Shown: positions 16,974 through 26,615, counted from the first letter of the stretch. The stretch is DNA of 64,000 nt from Parcubacteria group bacterium GW2011_GWC2_48_17 (GCA_001003605.1 LCPL01000003.1:1811-65810), one strand, 5' to 3'. Program-made: numbers and translations. Notes: generated from the sequence alone by a model not told the origin.

Positions 16974-18548
16974 ATGCAAAATGAGACTCGCGTTAACTTG
17001 AAACATCTCCTTGAGGATATGCGGGACAGCTACAACGCCCCGCTTGAAGAAGTAATTCTCACCGAGCTTATCGCCAACGCGCTCGATTCAAAGGCGACGC
17101 GGCTTGACTTTATAGCGGATGCGACCGGCCGGTTTCTTCGCTGTGTTGACAATGGCGCGGGGATGAAACGCCAGCAACTCAAGGAATACCACAATATAGC
17201 TTCTTCCGACAAGGTGCGCGGACAAGGTATCGGGTTCGCAGGAGTCGGCGCCAAGCTTTCGCTTCTTCTTGCCGAACGGGTGGTGACGGAGAGTAGGGGT
17301 GGGCGAGGCTCTCGAGCCGCGACCGAGTGGAGGCTCACGAACCCCTATCGCGCTCCGTGGAAATTCATCCCGACTTCGGGTGCCGTAACTTTTCCGCGAG
17401 GCACCAGCGTAACGATACATTTTGCCGACAACCAGCCGCACCTTTTGCGGAAAGAATTTGTCGTTCAAACCGTTATCAAACATTTTTACCCGCTTTTTCA
17501 TGACCATCTCCGCGAGGCAATACTTCGGTTTGTGTATCGCAAGGGCATCGAGATTACGGTTAACGGCGAGTTACTCATACTTCCCGATACTGAACAACGC
17601 GTTGACAATGAATTCAAAGTCTTTTTAGGCAAAGGCCGCCGGCCTATCGGAGCTGGATTCCTCACAAAGAAAGTTCTTGAACAAGGATGGCTCGCGCGGC
17701 TCGCAGGTCGCGCGCCAAACGAACTGCGCATTGCATCTGGGCTCTCGATCTCAACCTACGGCAAAGTGATTAAAACCGGCTGGGAGTGGGTCGGTATCAT
17801 ACCGAAAAGCGCGGGCGCACTCTGCGGCGTGGTTGAAGTTCCGGCCGTTTCTGAAGTGCTGACTACCAACAAAAGCGATTTTTTGACCGATGCCGCGCAT
17901 CTGCGCAAATTTTATCGTTTCCGCAAGGCGATACAGCAGGCGATTCTTCCGGTGCTTCGTTCACTCGGGGAGTATGGCGGCACAGACCGGGGAAGCGCGA
18001 CAAAGAATGTTAAAGCCATCGAGCGGCAGATAGAAACCACGCTTGATGGACTTTCCACCGACTATCCAGAGCTCGAATCACTTCTCGGCTCGCGGCGCGG
18101 CATAGGCCTCGGAGCGGAACGGAAAAGAGAGAAGCATGGCGGGGAAGACGGAGGCACAGACGAGACGCATACAAATAAGGACAACGCGGCAACGTCTCTT
18201 CGCAATGAACGGGCTGAAAAAAAGAAACGCTCCGGCAAAGACGGCGAAACGGCGTCAAAGAAAAAGCCGGGGCTGACATTGCTTCTCGAGGACCTTACTG
18301 ATGCGCCCGATATGCTCGGCCGAATGCTTGAAGACACGGTGTCCATAAACACGCTTCACCCAGCGTGGAAAAAATCGCTCGAAACAAAACAGGAGGAATA
18401 TCATATTTTGGTCGTGGTCGGTCTCTCGCTTGCCGAATTTGTGTCTCCGGAAAAGCACCCAGTCGAATTTCTTGCTAAATTTCTTTCGTCGTGGAGTGCG
18501 GTCGGCACAGGTGGCTCCGAAACGAGCGTCCAAACCTCGCTCCTCTGA
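16974..18548 (+). CDS. GHKL-type (Hsp90-like/HATPase_c_3) ATPase domain protein
   Basis: Bergerat-fold motifs ELIANALDS (N box), DNGAGM (G1) and GQGIGFAGVG (G2). The C-terminal tail is K/E-rich low complexity. Confidence 0.65.
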   Translation: MQNETRVNLKHLLEDMRDSYNAPLEEVILTELIANALDSKATRLDFIADATGRFLRCVDNGAGMKRQQLKEYHNIASSDKVRGQGIGFAGVGAKLSLLLAERVVTESRGGRGSRAATEWRLTNPYRAPWKFIPTSGAVTFPRGTSVTIHFADNQPHLLRKEFVVQTVIKHFYPLFHDHLREAILRFVYRKGIEITVNGELLILPDTEQRVDNEFKVFLGKGRRPIGAGFLTKKVLEQGWLARLAGRAPNELRIASGLSISTYGKVIKTGWEWVGIIPKSAGALCGVVEVPAVSEVLTTNKSDFLTDAAHLRKFYRFRKAIQQAILPVLRSLGEYGGTDRGSATKNVKAIERQIETTLDGLSTDYPELESLLGSRRGIGLGAERKREKHGGEDGGTDETHTNKDNAATSLRNERAEKKKRSGKDGETASKKKPGLTLLLEDLTDAPDMLGRMLEDTVSINTLHPAWKKSLETKQEEYHILVVVGLSLAEFVSPEKHPVEFLAKFLSSWSAVGTGGSETSVQTSLL

Positions 18549-18586
18549 CCGCACCCCATACCGATTACCTTTTTTGCTTCTCTTTA

Positions 18587-18612
18587 CCCAAGTAAAGTGC
18601 AGCAGTGGAGTT
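18587..18612 (+). repeat. Member of the CTTTAC-NCAA-GTAAAG hairpin family (loop CCAA)
   Basis: cttctctttacccaagtaaagtgcag. Lies downstream of the GHKL gene. Confidence 0.5.
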
Positions 18613-18659
18613 CAGAACATACCGGCATACTTCCTCCCTTCTCTCTGTCTCCATTTCTA

Positions 18660-18685
18660 TTCCATTATTCGCGCGAATGGTGGAA
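18660..18685. repeat. Near-palindrome ttccattattcgcgcgaatggtggaa, intergenic copy of the element inside gnd
   Basis: 24/26 match to the perfect palindrome at 33677-33702. Confidence 0.7.
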
Positions 18686-18759
18686 TAGAAGGGATATTGA
18701 GAAGTAGGGGGCGCTGGCTCCAATCTCTATACGGCGTGTACCTATGATAAAATAGAGGT

Positions 18760-19344
18760 ATGAAAGAATGGACGTTGGGCATTATACTGTTGGGAGTAGT
18801 GGGGGTGGCAGTTTGGGTTGTATTGCCCAAAAAAGAGCATGTGCCTCTGCAGTTTCAAGGTAGATCAATGCAAAAATCTATGCAAGAAATTAAAGTGACA
18901 AGTAGCGCGTTTCAGCACAACTGGATGATTCCGGAGAAGTTCACCTGTGATGGAGACAATGTAAGTCCGCCGATTGAGATTGGGAGAGTGCCGGAGGGTG
19001 CGAAGTTTCTTGCGCTTATCATGCACGACCCTGACGCTCCTCGAGCGGGCGGTTGGACACACTGGGTGAAGTTCAATATGAAGATGAATAATGAATTAGG
19101 AATTATGAATATAGAAGAGGGAAAAGAGCCGGAAGGAGTGTCGGGAAAAGGAACGGGCGGAAATGCAACCTATCAGGGGCCGTGTCCGCCGTCAGGAATG
19201 CATCGATACTTTTTCAATGTGTATGCGCTTAATACTGAACTTGCGCTCAAAGAAGGCGCGACGAAGGCGGAACTTGAATCGGCCATGGAAGGACACATCC
19301 TCGCCAAAGGCGAGCTTGTCGGTCTGTATTCGCGTAAAAAATGA
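18760..19344 (+). CDS. YbhB/YbcL-family PEBP protein
   Basis: DPDAP...GGWTHW...YFFNVYAL motifs are typical of the PEBP family. Confidence 0.8.
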   Translation: MKEWTLGIILLGVVGVAVWVVLPKKEHVPLQFQGRSMQKSMQEIKVTSSAFQHNWMIPEKFTCDGDNVSPPIEIGRVPEGAKFLALIMHDPDAPRAGGWTHWVKFNMKMNNELGIMNIEEGKEPEGVSGKGTGGNATYQGPCPPSGMHRYFFNVYALNTELALKEGATKAELESAMEGHILAKGELVGLYSRKK

Positions 19345-19353
19345 AGTACATTC

Positions 19354-19437
19354 GGCACATTCGCAGGGCTCAGTATCTACGACCTGCTGGCCTCAGTATT
19401 TCGTAGTCTACGACTACAGGTCGCCTTCGCTCCTCAA
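19354..19437 (+). repeat. 84-bp element, left copy of a perfect inverted-repeat pair
   Basis: ggcacattcgcagggctcagtatctacgacctgctggcctcagtatttcgtagtctacgactacaggtcgccttcgctcctcaa. This is the exact reverse complement of 21109-21192. Confidence 0.95.
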
Positions 19438-19551
19438 TATGAAATAGGGAGTACGAATTATAATAGAGCCAAAAATAATGTCGGCAAGCGGTTTCAGTTT
19501 TTGAATAAAAGAAGACCCGAAGAGTCTGACTCTTCGGGTTCATAATCAAGA

Positions 19552-20961
19552 TTATTCTCCGGCCGCAATCCTAGCTTTGATTCGTTCCAGTAGTTCTCTT
19601 CCTGGGTCGAAAGGATTAGGAATCAACTCTTTCCAATAGACACGCGGAGGTTCTCCTATTATTAGTTTCTCGCCATAACGATTAACCTTGGCATCAACCA
19701 CCCAAAGGTCTTCCCACGCGCAGTTATGCAATTCGCGCCCCCGGCCTTCCATTTTGAGCAGTTGTTGTGTCTTTCCGCGTACGAACGCGCGGGTATCAGC
19801 TGGTGGCTCTTCCATCGCTTCCGCGATAAGCTCGTCTGAAACAATTCTCTCAACCTGCCTTGTTTGGCGAAGCCCATAGTAGAGACCATCGGCTGGGTTT
19901 AAGTTGTGCCACTCCATATCCTGGCTTCTTAACCACTCAAACTCATCCTTGATGTGGTCAGGGAACTCCTCGAGAACAAGTCGTAAAACCTCATACTTCG
20001 TGACCCAATCAAGCCTTCCAAAAAGGAACTTCATCGGGTTTAGGGCGAGTCTTTCTAAGGTATCCTCGGCTACTACGATCACCGCGTTCGTCACTTCGTC
20101 CCGTCCCCAAAAGAGTTCCCTCGCGCGCGCGACGTAGCATCCCAAGAGTTCAGCCGCTCCCTTTGGCCCCTTGGTAACGCCGTCAAGAAACCAACCGCCC
20201 ATTTTAAGAGAAATACGGTGAAGATCCGATACCGCTTTCTCCTGGTCGTATTTAATTGACGGCAGAGCATGTATCTCCATCAACTCTACGACTAGCGACA
20301 TAAGGCCAATCTTAAGAAAAGTCGCCACCTCGCACATCGTAGGTTCGCTGTAGATAACATGCATTCGGTCCCACCCCTTAACTTCTGAAAGCGGCTCCGG
20401 GCGAGTATTGATAATTCCACGATTACATGTCGTATCCTCACTTACATCCGTTACAATGAACCGCGCACGCTGACTGATTTCGTATGTCGGGGTTCCGTTT
20501 AGTTTTATCCAATTTCCAGAGCCGGCGATAAGAGTACGGGCAATGAGAAACGGAATCAGTCTCGGCCAATCTCTCCTAAAAGCGCACGTAAACCAATTTT
20601 CATGCGAACCTCCAAAAGTGTTGCCACACCCGTCAACGGAGTGGCAGTACAGCTTATGTGCATACCTTTCTCTGAAGCAATACCGCTTCATGGCCTCAAT
20701 GTAGGCAGTGCGTGCAACTGGATTAGATGTTTCAGGGGTGCAAAACTCCACATGCCCCATGTCTTTGTAGATTCTGCCACCATTAGCCGTAATTACAGGG
20801 AGGCGATGGAATTCAGCATCTGCATTGCCACACTGGTCCAAGTTGGCAAGTTCGCACTCATCTCCGCCAATTCGTACAACCTCTGGTCTTGGCCAAGTGT
20901 TGAAGAGTGGAACGCGTTGTTCTAGGGTTTTTAGTATCAAGGATCTGTCATCCACAATCAT
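19552..20961 (-). CDS. Pup-ligase/deamidase family protein (PafA/Dop-like carboxylate-amine ligase)
   Basis: GGRIYKDMGHVEFCTPETS and the overall length match the PafA/Dop family. Start taken at MIVDDRS. No Pup-like small ORF is visible nearby. Confidence 0.7.
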   Translation of the reverse strand: MIVDDRSLILKTLEQRVPLFNTWPRPEVVRIGGDECELANLDQCGNADAEFHRLPVITANGGRIYKDMGHVEFCTPETSNPVARTAYIEAMKRYCFRERYAHKLYCHSVDGCGNTFGGSHENWFTCAFRRDWPRLIPFLIARTLIAGSGNWIKLNGTPTYEISQRARFIVTDVSEDTTCNRGIINTRPEPLSEVKGWDRMHVIYSEPTMCEVATFLKIGLMSLVVELMEIHALPSIKYDQEKAVSDLHRISLKMGGWFLDGVTKGPKGAAELLGCYVARARELFWGRDEVTNAVIVVAEDTLERLALNPMKFLFGRLDWVTKYEVLRLVLEEFPDHIKDEFEWLRSQDMEWHNLNPADGLYYGLRQTRQVERIVSDELIAEAMEEPPADTRAFVRGKTQQLLKMEGRGRELHNCAWEDLWVVDAKVNRYGEKLIIGEPPRVYWKELIPNPFDPGRELLERIKARIAAGE

Positions 20962-21108
20962 TCCTTTCTTTTTGCCTACGTACTTTGCGTGAAATGCTCT
21001 CCGCGCTCCTGTCTGCGCGCATACACGCCCAGGCGGGTTTCGCAATGCAATGTAGGGATGTTTACCATATCTTCCGACAAACTATAGACTTTCGAGCCGG
21101 AGGTCAAG

Positions 21109-21192
21109 TTGAGGAGCGAAGGCGACCTGTAGTCGTAGACTACGAAATACTGAGGCCAGCAGGTCGTAGATACTGAGCCCTGCGAATGTGCC
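21109..21192 (-). repeat. 84-bp element, right copy (inverted) of the perfect IR pair
   Basis: Exact reverse complement of 19354-19437. Confidence 0.95.
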
Positions 21193-21312
21193 GAACGTAC
21201 AACTTTTTGACATCATGCCTGCGCCTCGATAAGAAACATGGTGAAGCATTGCACTTAGAGTTAGAACTGGCTGTTTGCATCCTGGCCGTGTATAAGTGCT
21301 ACAATAAAAGGT

Positions 21313-22179
21313 ATGGACATTCCCGTAAAAAAGCTGAAAAACGGATTCAAACTTCCGGAGTTTGGGCTAGGAACATGGCAGATGGGCGGCAGAGATAAGC
21401 CAGATACAAGCAATGACGCGGCGGAAATCGCGGCAATCAAAGCGGCGATAGAAGCCGGCGTAACGCATATAGATACGGCGGAAGCGTACGGCGGAGGACA
21501 CGCGGAGGAACTTGTCGGTCGGGCAATACGGGGAATAAACCGGAAGAAACTCTTTATCACCTCAAAGGTATCGGAAGAAAATCACACCTGTGACGGCATT
21601 CCCACCTCTTGCAAGGAAAGCCTGAAACGTCTCCACACAACCTATCTCGACCTCTACCTCCTTCATGAGTTCAGCACGGAATGTCCTCTCGAAGAGGCTG
21701 TGCAAGCACTCGATGAGCTTGTTGATGAGGGACTCGTCAAACATATTGGCGTGTCGAATTTTGGGAAGGAACATCTGAAGGAGGCACAGAAGCTTACCAA
21801 ACACAAAATCGTCTGCAATCAGGTTCATTATAATCTGCAGGTACGCGAAGTTGAGAAAGAGGGACTCCTGGAGTACTGCCAGAAAAGCGACGTGATGCTG
21901 GTCGCGTACCGTCCCGTGCAAAAAGGAAAACTTCTTGAAGATATTCCTCCAATGATGCAGGAAATGTGCGTAAAGTATCAGAAAACGCCCGCGCAAATCG
22001 CAATCAATTGGCTCGTGGCGCAAAAGAATGTCGTGACCATCGCAAAGACGAGCAACCCCGCCCACCTTAAAGAAAATCTTGGAGGAATCGGGTGGAACCT
22101 TACCGAGAGTGATGTTGAACTTTTACGGAAAGACTATCCTGGGCAGGTTGATATTTCAGATCTCATTCCTCTTGGATGA
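21313..22179 (+). CDS. Aldo/keto reductase
   Basis: LPEFGLGTWQMGG, the catalytic tetrad context and the IGVSNF motif. Confidence 0.85.
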   Translation: MDIPVKKLKNGFKLPEFGLGTWQMGGRDKPDTSNDAAEIAAIKAAIEAGVTHIDTAEAYGGGHAEELVGRAIRGINRKKLFITSKVSEENHTCDGIPTSCKESLKRLHTTYLDLYLLHEFSTECPLEEAVQALDELVDEGLVKHIGVSNFGKEHLKEAQKLTKHKIVCNQVHYNLQVREVEKEGLLEYCQKSDVMLVAYRPVQKGKLLEDIPPMMQEMCVKYQKTPAQIAINWLVAQKNVVTIAKTSNPAHLKENLGGIGWNLTESDVELLRKDYPGQVDISDLIPLG

Positions 22180-22180
22180 T

Positions 22181-23104
22181 ATGAGAACAGGCGCGCACAT
22201 ATTCGGAGGACATGTATCCATCGCGGGAGGGTACAAAGAAGCGCCGGCGCGGGCAGCGGCGATTGGCGGAAACGCGCTGCAGATGTTTTCGGGAAACCCG
22301 CGCGGGTGGAATCTACCGCAGGTAGCCCCCGCGGAGGCGGGGGTCTTTATGGAAGAGGCGAAGAAGCTCGGCATTGAGACGGCGTACTTTCACGCGTCCT
22401 ATCTTATAAACCTCGCCGATAGTGGGCCTAATGGAAAACATTCGGTTGAAGCGCTCATCGCGGAATTAAATGTGGCTGAAGCGCTTGGCGTGCGTGGGAG
22501 CATCATCCATCTTGGTTCTTTTAAAGAGGAAAAGGCAAAGAGAGAAGATTTGATGCCGACTCTTTTTACATCAACCCGCGCGCCTTCATATGCTAAACAT
22601 CCCAACTATGACCTCCTCATTTCGCACATTAAAACAATCCTGGAAAAAACTCCCGCGAAGACGCTCTTTATCATTGAAGATATGGGCATGCGGAAAATTG
22701 GGCGCGACCTTAAGGAAATTGCGCAGATTGTGTCAGATGTGAACAGTCAAAGGTTAAAAGTCTGTCTTGATACTTGCCACTTGCATGCGGCCGGATACGA
22801 TATCACCACGCGACAGAAACTGGATAAGTTCTTAGAGAGGTTTGACCAGCTGATTGGTTTAGGACGGCTTGAATGTTTCCATATAAACGACAGCCGGGAC
22901 GAGTTCGGCTCGCTTCGCGACCGGCACGCGAACATTGGCGAGGGAAAGGTGGGGAAAGATGTGTTCAGACTTCTCCTCAATCATCCGAAAACAAAACACC
23001 TCCCGTTTCTCCTTGAAGTCCCCGGCTTTGACGATACGGGCCCGGACAAAAAGAATATGGATATATTGAAGGCGTTTGCGCGCGATGCAAAACAAGCGAA
23101 GTAG
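22181..23104 (+). CDS. nfo: Endonuclease IV (AP endonuclease family 2)
   Basis: AHIFGGHVSIAGG ... HLHAAGYD ... a TIM-barrel Nfo family member. Start taken at MRTGAHIF. Confidence 0.8.
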   Translation: MRTGAHIFGGHVSIAGGYKEAPARAAAIGGNALQMFSGNPRGWNLPQVAPAEAGVFMEEAKKLGIETAYFHASYLINLADSGPNGKHSVEALIAELNVAEALGVRGSIIHLGSFKEEKAKREDLMPTLFTSTRAPSYAKHPNYDLLISHIKTILEKTPAKTLFIIEDMGMRKIGRDLKEIAQIVSDVNSQRLKVCLDTCHLHAAGYDITTRQKLDKFLERFDQLIGLGRLECFHINDSRDEFGSLRDRHANIGEGKVGKDVFRLLLNHPKTKHLPFLLEVPGFDDTGPDKKNMDILKAFARDAKQAK

Positions 23105-23122
23105 AAAATCCACAGCAATATT

Positions 23123-24667
23123 TTGGTGCCAGACACCAGTAACTCAATTTCTATGAACCCACAACCAAAAACAGAAGCAGGCATCATTGCGCCGAACGCA
23201 GAGCGCGAGAAGCGCGACGAAAGACCGGCAGAACAGCTACTTGTGCCTCCGCAATATCAAAACCTCCCCAGCGAACTTGCAGAAGAAATGTGGAACGAAC
23301 CGGTGTACATAAACGAGAGATTGAATCAGGAAGTGAGGGAGCGTAGGGAAAAGGGATTGGCGCAGATACGAGAACAGGAACGGAGGAGAGAAGCTGAAAA
23401 GGAAAAACAGGCAAATGAACAGTACGCCAAGCTGTCGGAGCACGAACAGCAAGAATTTCCTGCCTTGCAACAGACTGCAGCGTTACGCCTCGCGGAACAC
23501 ATAAAAGGCAAGAAAATAGAAAATCTAAGCCCGGAAGAATGGTTTGTCTTGGCAAAAGCAGAAGATGCTTGGAAGGCGGCACAAGAAAAAAGTCCCGGCG
23601 CGCCGTTCACCATAAGGTTTGGACGTGAAATTGACCAAAAAATATACGCAAATCTCATACATAAACTTGCATTTGAGGAGGTTAAAACGAAAAAAGCAGA
23701 AGTTGAACATCAGCAACTAAACAAAGTCCTAGGAGACTTAGGTTTGCAGCCGCAGGAAAAAGCGAAGCAAACGGAACAAGTTTTACCCCAGAAAAAAGAA
23801 CAAAAGGAAAATGTCTCTCCTGAAAACGCGCAAGCGCTTTCAGAAGTTCGTAGGTTACTAGACCGCCGGATCGCAAAAAAACCTCACTTCAAACAAGCGC
23901 AGAATGCGCTCTATGACGGTTTTGTGGCACGCGGCGATAAAAAGGAAATTGCGGAACTTTTGATGGAAGAACTGTATCACGAGAAGCGCACGGCTTCGTA
24001 TCCGCAAAATCCAAAGTATCAGGAAGCGTGGGAGTACGCGAACAGGACAAGAAACATACCGGCAAAGGCTGAAAATGGTTGGCTCTATAGAGGAACATTT
24101 CCTTCAAAATCGGAAAAAAGTAGAACTGAAACACGCGGTAGTCTGAATGTTATCATAACTCCAGATGTTGTCCGAGAAATGGATGATTTGATTGAGCGGG
24201 GAGTGATAAAGGCGAACTATAAATTTGGCGACCCAGACCAAGGCGGTTCGGCGGATGAAAGGCATGATGCCATCACTATTTACTTCTTGGAGAAACCCAC
24301 AGATGACGCAATGGCCGCTTTAAGCGATATAGCAAAGAGAAATTTTAGAGGAAATACTTTGCTTGGGAAAAAAGTGTCCGAAGGTTTTTATATTTCAGAA
24401 GTTGGTTCAGTGAGCAATACCCATGCGAAAGGACTTGTTGAATCTGTAAAGAAAGTCGATGAAAAACTTGGCAAGGCAGTAGAAGCCTATCTAACGCACA
24501 GGGGGCGCACAGCAATGTCAGAAGCCCAATTCTATGCGGTTAAGGACGCTCTCAATGCCTATGGCTATGATGTCAGTTACGACGAAGAAAAAGGGTTGCT
24601 TTTTGGAGAATCAGGGGAAAAGGGTGCAGAACAAAATCAGAAGGAAAAGAAATTGGAAGAAAAATGA
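23123..24667 (+). CDS. Hypothetical charged/coiled-coil protein with a globular C-terminal domain
   Basis: 514 aa with an E/K/R/Q-rich N-terminal half. The C-terminal half contains WLYRGTF ... GDPDQGGSADERHDAITIYF. No family recognised. Confidence 0.5.
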   Translation: MVPDTSNSISMNPQPKTEAGIIAPNAEREKRDERPAEQLLVPPQYQNLPSELAEEMWNEPVYINERLNQEVRERREKGLAQIREQERRREAEKEKQANEQYAKLSEHEQQEFPALQQTAALRLAEHIKGKKIENLSPEEWFVLAKAEDAWKAAQEKSPGAPFTIRFGREIDQKIYANLIHKLAFEEVKTKKAEVEHQQLNKVLGDLGLQPQEKAKQTEQVLPQKKEQKENVSPENAQALSEVRRLLDRRIAKKPHFKQAQNALYDGFVARGDKKEIAELLMEELYHEKRTASYPQNPKYQEAWEYANRTRNIPAKAENGWLYRGTFPSKSEKSRTETRGSLNVIITPDVVREMDDLIERGVIKANYKFGDPDQGGSADERHDAITIYFLEKPTDDAMAALSDIAKRNFRGNTLLGKKVSEGFYISEVGSVSNTHAKGLVESVKKVDEKLGKAVEAYLTHRGRTAMSEAQFYAVKDALNAYGYDVSYDEEKGLLFGESGEKGAEQNQKEKKLEEK

Positions 24668-24775
24668 TGAGAAATCGAACAAATTACAGATGCCACCGGC
24701 AGAGGCATTGATGGAGGGATTAAGGAAACCGTTGTCGCTTTCAATCTAAACGAAATACCGACATCACAGTCTTGT

Positions 24776-25288
24776 GTGGGCCATAAAGAGGTTGAAGGAG
24801 GACACCGACCGTGGCCGTGGGTGGAAGTTGCCGCTCCGGATGAGCCGGAGGAAAGGTTTGTCGGAGAGGCCGAGGCTTTTGCGAGTGCGGCTCAAGAACA
24901 TAATGTTCCTCCTGAAGAGTTGAGAAGAGGCAACCCTGAGGAGTTGTACTGGGAGATTCAAAAGAGGGTATCCCGAGACCCACTGACCCCAGAATACGAA
25001 GTGTGGGAGCAGAGAAACAGAGAACTTTACGACAAGGTTACCAAATTATTTGACGAATTTTACAGGAATAGAAAGGTTGAAGCGGATGTCCGATTAGGAG
25101 CCGAAGAAACCAGAGGTGATTCTTTTGAAGTCAGCAGTGAAAGAGTAGCGCTTAACAGATTTTTGGACAACACATTAACCCCCGAGGAGAAGAAAAATCT
25201 CTTGGACATGCTACCGAGACGCCAAAAAGAAATGCAGGACTTCACAGTGTTCCTTATAAAGCGCTTCCTTAAGAATGAAACCCCATGA
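24776..25288 (+). CDS. Hypothetical acidic protein
   Basis: 170-aa ORF consistent with neighbouring codon usage. No motif recognised. Confidence 0.4.
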   Translation: MGHKEVEGGHRPWPWVEVAAPDEPEERFVGEAEAFASAAQEHNVPPEELRRGNPEELYWEIQKRVSRDPLTPEYEVWEQRNRELYDKVTKLFDEFYRNRKVEADVRLGAEETRGDSFEVSSERVALNRFLDNTLTPEEKKNLLDMLPRRQKEMQDFTVFLIKRFLKNETP

Positions 25289-25378
25289 TGTGTAGACTAA
25301 GAAGTCGAGTAGACGGCATTCTCACAAGCGTCTCAGATGGTGTACAATGAACATGAGGAAATATAGAAGAAGTCCCCT

Positions 25379-25699
25379 GTGGTTTATAGCGCTTTAAAAA
25401 CCAAACATATGTCAAGCAAAAGCGACGAAGCGAAGCAAAAACTACAGCACGACGAACAAAGACTTCGCGAATTGAAACACGAGGACGATTTGTTGAAGCA
25501 GAAATTTGAGGCAAAAGAAAGGGAAGTCCATGACCGTGAACACGCCGTGGAAAGCGATAAAAGAAAAGTTGGAGAAGCCACGCAGGAGGATAAGCGCGAG
25601 TCCGAACGGAAGCAACGAGAGGAAAAGGAGCGTCAAGCGACCGCAAAACAAAATCCGGAAAAACGAGAAGGTTTAAGCAATATCTTCGACAGGTTATAG
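25379..25699 (+). CDS. Hypothetical K/E-rich coiled-coil small protein
   Basis: 106 aa dominated by charged heptad-like sequence. Confidence 0.35.
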   Translation: MVYSALKTKHMSSKSDEAKQKLQHDEQRLRELKHEDDLLKQKFEAKEREVHDREHAVESDKRKVGEATQEDKRESERKQREEKERQATAKQNPEKREGLSNIFDRL

Positions 25700-25711
25700 C
25701 AACGCACGGCA

Positions 25712-25802
25712 TCTTCTTGAAGTCCCCGGCTTTGACGGGGAGGGGCCGGACAAAAAGAATATGGATATTTTGAAATCGTTTGTAAAACAACCGCGAGTTT
25801 GA
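25712..25802 (+). pseudogene. Degenerate duplicate of the nfo 3' end
   Basis: Translates to LEVPGFDGEGPDKKNMDILKSFVKQPRV*, against the nfo C-terminus LEVPGFDDTGPDKKNMDILKAFARDAKQAK*. About 75% nt identity to 23010-23104. Confidence 0.7.
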
Positions 25803-25979
25803 TACAGTCGTATTTGAAGACAGTTCTGTGCTACAAACGGCGGGTGCGTCACGCCAATGCGCCAGCGCACCTTTGATGGCCTAGAGGCGGTCATCATACG
25901 GGACTTGTCATCTGCCGGCTTGCGGGGTCATTGCGTCGCGAGCCGGCTTTTCTTTTGCCTGATATACTTACCATACTCT

Positions 25980-26465
25980 ATGAGTTTTGATCTGTGGATT
26001 GTTTTCCTTGCGAAGTATTTCCCGTATGTCGTGGCGGGGCTGTTTGTCATATTCGCGCTTACCCGCTCGCAGGCGAGAAAGGCGCAAATCCTTTTATTCT
26101 GCGAAGGCGCCGCGGCGGCGCTTCTCTCGCGGGGCGTTGTGGAGGCACTACGGCTTTTCATCCATCGCCCGAGGCCATTTGTCGCAGACCCCTCAATTGT
26201 TCCGCTTATTTCCGAGACGAGTTTTTCGTTCCCCTCCGGCCACGCGGCGTTTTTCTTCGCGCTTGCGACGACCGTGTATCTGCGCGACAAACGCCTCGGA
26301 GTGTGGTTCTTTCTCGCGGCACTCCTCATCGGCATCGCACGAGTACTTGCGGGGGTGCATTATGTAACTGATATCTTGGGCGGAGCAGCGCTCGGTGTTG
26401 TTGCTGCGTACGGTACACATCTCTTTTTTGCGCGCTATCAAGATTCAATAAAGACACTCCCATAA
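25980..26465 (+). CDS. PAP2-family phosphatase (undecaprenyl-diphosphatase-like)
   Basis: PSGHAAF ... ARVLAGVHYVTD are PAP2 motifs. The protein is membrane-embedded. Confidence 0.7.
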   Translation: MSFDLWIVFLAKYFPYVVAGLFVIFALTRSQARKAQILLFCEGAAAALLSRGVVEALRLFIHRPRPFVADPSIVPLISETSFSFPSGHAAFFFALATTVYLRDKRLGVWFFLAALLIGIARVLAGVHYVTDILGGAALGVVAAYGTHLFFARYQDSIKTLP

Positions 26466-26517
26466 TTTAGCATGCGGAAGGGCAAGCGTTACCGCTTTCC
26501 GGAGCAGAAAAGACGGT

Positions 26518-26557
26518 CATTTAGCAATAGTATGCTATAGCATACTATTGCTAAATG
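26518..26557 (+). terminator. 40-bp perfect palindrome (18-bp arms) followed by a T-rich tract, putative terminator
   Basis: catttagcaatagtatgcta|tagcatactattgctaaatg, then ...ttcatttattcttttttgc. Confidence 0.5.
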
Positions 26558-26615
26558 AAATACCGTTCATTTATTCTTTTTTGCTTTTTTGTTGCGAGTG
26601 AGATACGCTTCTTGC

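Noticed and set aside
21186-21398. 70-aa ORF as a candidate Pup
   Set aside because: Does not end in GG[QE] and is not charged/disordered like Pup. Overlaps the AKR promoter region.
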